Shown piece by piece: positions 60,629 to 64,000 of a DNA stretch of 64,000 nt (position 1 is its first letter; each line of letters begins with the position of its first letter). Location: NCBI RefSeq assembly GCF_040938485.1, contig NW_027271391.1:248001-312000 (forward strand), written 5' to 3'. Below the pieces are notes generated by a model. That model saw nothing but the letters and a program-made list of their open reading frames with translations. It did not search any database and was not told where the DNA came from. The translations under genes were made by a program, and so were the position numbers. The DNA is from Diadema antillarum (lineage: Eukaryota).

Positions 60629-62570
60629 GAAGTGTTATTCCATGTAAATGGCTACAAGCATGCATATTTCTTGTCCGAAAGGATGTCTCCTAGGTTGCGT
60701 TGGATTTTGTCCCTGAAGATCACAGCATCTCAACGATATTTAAAAAGTCTCTTCATCACAGCGTCCTTCGAATAAATCATAATGAGCGAAGTTGTATAGA
60801 GGATTACGTAATGCGTAGATGAACCATGCAGTGACTAACAATATTAAAAAAGAAGAAATCATAAATTAATATGAATTGGCAACTTAAGTCGTGCCAGGAA
60901 GGGTATGTATTAAGTTCCTTGGTAACTTATTATAATCAATGACGTAATGGCAAGGCTAATTACAAAACTGCACTCTTTTCTCTTAAATTATATTGTATGA
61001 TATACTTATAGTTTTTCTTCATGTCACTACAAATGTACCATAATATACATGTTAGATCATATAAATCCAACTTGGACCTTTTGTCCTCGCTAGACTAGTG
61101 TATAGAGTCCGACATTCTTTTTATTTCTTCATTTGAAGTTGACTTGCAGTTTAATGTGTTATTATGACCGTATAAAACTGCTGATTTAATGGTCGCCAAT
61201 AAAGTCATAAAGCATTCGGTGTATAGTTGGACAATGGGTATAGATCACGAAATGTTTGAGAGGCTGCAATGCGAATGTATCTCTCTCTTTTTCTAATGTA
61301 AATGATTGTATTCCCAGTTTATGATTCGGGGCTCTTTAAGCGAACTGGGCATATACAAAATGTTCTTAGTATTGAAACTGCGATCTACATGTTATGATAA
61401 AAAGGGAGGATGGTACATGGTACAGTTGTGATCTGTTATATATTATAATGAATTCAATTTTCATGTCATTACATACACAGCAGATATAAATTGTATTACT
61501 CGTCCGTTGGCGATCTTACTATACAAAAAGAGGCTTGCCTTATTTGTATTGGTTTCCCCGTATCTTATAGAAATCGAAACAGGACTTCATCTCATCAAAC
61601 GTCAATCAAGAAGTGTAATCAGAAGCAAATAATAATTACTCTGATATTTGAACTTATTGATATAACTCTCAGGTGCTCCCTTGTTTATTGATATCGCGCT
61701 TTGTTAAAGAACCAAAAGTTATGATAACAGAGGTGTAGAAATATAACGCTCAAAATGATGATAGACTGTGAATCGCTTACAACAGATTGGAACTATCACA
61801 ATAACTGAAGCGTTTGCCTGGACAATTGGAATTTGATTGCGATTTTATACAGCACATGTCCTGTGGTATAAATAACACTTCATTATATTCATGCCCATGT
61901 CTTTTTGTACCGTTGTTGTTCAGAATACTTAGATATTTATTTTGCAAATGGCATAGAATGATTAATGTCCCAGTGGGACAAATACTCATATCATGATAAT
62001 ATGCCACTGAATATAATGTGTGTATTTGTTTGTTGTTTTAGTGTTCTCTCTCCCTCCCTCTCTCTCCCTGTCTCTCACAAAGCTTTATACGACCTTCTGC
62101 ATATAATCCACGCTTTAAGGAAAGTAAACAAGGTCGCGCTCCTGGGAATTGCTTCTTAAATTTGTTCTCTTTCATTGTTCATTGTCTTCTTTTGTCGTCT
62201 CTGCTATCATTTCGGCCATTCCTATTTTGCATGAGAGCACTGTTACTATGGCAACTGTAAAGCCAGAAGGAAAGCGATATAATCGCATTAGCCTCGAGAT
62301 AGGTTGAGCAACACCGAAAACATTAATGGGCGATTCAATTATATTACTTCCAGTGACATACCACACACAAACACATTGGCGAGATGATCAGAGAGTTGGA
62401 GTTTTGGATGATGAAAGTGTGCAGACGAGGGAACGGCTGGTCTCGCAAATCCACGTGACAAATGATGGAGAGGTTGACTGCCCTGCCGGGTATAGTCTTT
62501 CCTCAAGGAATTCCATAGATATGATATATCGGCGACCGGAGGATCTTTAAAAACAGTCAAGTTAAAAACA

Positions 62571-62571
<1 letters not shown>

Positions 62572-62621
<50 letters not shown>

Positions 62622-62622
62622 C
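62572..62622. repeat. (AAC)17 microsatellite
   Basis: Uninterrupted AAC run. Confidence 0.95.
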
Positions 62623-62940
62623 TAAATCGAAGTGATTACTTCGGTGCTTTTACTTCAAACTTTGTTCTGCTTCATCGATCAAGGAGTATAGGGCAACACT
62701 TATTACAAGTAACTTTACATCTGTGTTAATATTATCCTTAGGACAGTACATTGTGGATGCTGTTCTTTCGCCAATCCCGTTGCTTCGAACACAAGACACT
62801 TGCATGTATTATGCTATCTAGGACGAGGAGACAGGGGAGGGGATGAAGACTGTGACAAAATGACGTCACTGCAGCCGAGATGACGTTAGAACCGAAAGCT
62901 GGAAGGGCTTGGTCCGTGGAAGTCACGTGACATTCAATGT

Positions 62941-63170
62941 CATTCATTCATTCATTCATTCATTCAATCAATCAATCGTTTTATTTCATTCTTCAGATAA
63001 AAATTGTAAAATAACAAGCATTCACATAATATAATATACACAATTGTACAGGTATAATGTAAAAATATTTAGTAAACAAATGTAGTACAAAAAGATGAGT
63101 GCATTATGATAAAGAAAAAGGAATGGTTACTTCTGAATGTCTACTCGCTCATGAAACCTCATAGACAGTT
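62941..63170 (-). mobile_element. Probable 3' end of a CR1/L2-type non-LTR retrotransposon
   Basis: The minus strand reads ...GAAATAAAACGATTGATTGATTGAATGAATGAATGAATG, an AATAAA followed by a short-unit tail typical of CR1/L2 3' ends. No RT coding sequence was recognised. Confidence 0.45.
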
Positions 63171-63776
63171 TGCCGTTCAATGGAGGAGTTAAGTGTGGAA
63201 TTGAGATAAAGATTCATATCAAGCAAAATTACGAAAACCCGTGATCACTGGTTGTCATGACATTTTCTCTTTCAGCTGTGTATGCATAGTGCCTGCCATA
63301 AATATTACATGGAATCATTTCAAGAACGACATTTTGTGTACATAAAACAACAGTCCTTTGATGTAATTGTAAGAAACAATATAGATGCAAGGACTTTGGT
63401 CTGTACTCCTTTATATGCCCGATTGCTATTCTTTAACCTTAACATCTCGAACCCCGGAAGCCAGCATGTTCATCAAGCCAGAATAAAAATCGTAACCTAT
63501 CTTATACTGCCTATTAAGTTTTCATGTCATTATTGCTTTCCTGCCCTTATAGCAGCGAATGTTCATGGAAAAGGCACAATACGTGAATATGATGATTTGT
63601 TGGAGGGTTTTTTAAGGGAAATTGAACTTTTTATGATAAGACTGATGATATGTGTATTAATCTTCAAGACATAATATGCAGCGGGAGCATGCCCTGCATG
63701 GGTTATACATTGGTTGACTGTGTGGGCTATTGAGTAGAAAGTCCGGAGTTGTTCATAATAATATCATGATCTAATC

Positions 63777-63918
63777 GGGGTCCCGTTTCATAAAACTTGT
63801 TATAAGTAATAAATGCTACATTTCTATGACAAATTTGCTCTCAGCCGATCAGATGCAAGGATTTCATTAGCTTATAACAACTATCGTAACTTGTTATTGA
63901 TATTCTAACAAGTTTTAT
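63777..63918. mobile_element. Harbinger-like MITE remnant
   Basis: GGGGTCCCGTTTCATAAAACTTGT start and inverted ACAAGTTTTAT at 63908-63918; the right end is truncated. Confidence 0.45.
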
Positions 63919-64000
63919 AGTGAAGTAATGGCGTGCCCTTGTCGTCACTCTTAATTCCATTCTCTTTGTTTTATCGTAAGAGACTGCTTAATCATTGACT

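Noticed and set aside
62172-62560. Overlapping short ORFs on both strands in a slightly GC-richer patch
   Set aside because: No family recognised, no phase-consistent splice partners, and three frames are equally plausible.

Overview
This is AT-rich, intron-rich animal genomic DNA. The repeat families and gene style suggest a marine invertebrate, possibly a sea urchin, but the species cannot be determined from the sequence. I built five protein-coding genes by hand from GT-AG splice sites with consistent reading-frame phases. (1) The 5' part of porcupine (PORCN), minus strand, three coding exons, running off the left edge. (2) A complete 22-exon TSR1, plus strand, 4602-22756, about 813 aa, head-to-head with PORCN. 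(3) An unnamed two-coding-exon gene of about 283 aa, minus strand, 28704-30613, with a flavodoxin/TIR-like alpha/beta pattern. (4) An intronless ORF of about 462 aa, plus strand, 33605-34993, made of five tandem winged-helix-like repeats that resemble the Egalitarian N-terminal/LOTUS-type fold, with no nuclease domain. (5) An LHFPL3/4/5 (TMHS)-type tetraspan gene, plus strand, 41235-49793, with a long C-terminal tail. Non-coding DNA holds many non-autonomous DNA transposons. These include a very young 701-bp near-perfect foldback element upstream of the PORCN start codon, a pearl/HINE-like element carrying a 158-bp tandem array, and Tc1/pogo-, Kolobok-, hAT-, Sola- and Harbinger-like MITEs. 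There are also microsatellites, local duplications and a 212-N assembly gap. I could not support any rRNA, tRNA or CRISPR feature. The most novel candidates are the two divergently transcribed unnamed genes at 28.7-35 kb. Family assignments come from remembered sequence patterns, not database searches.
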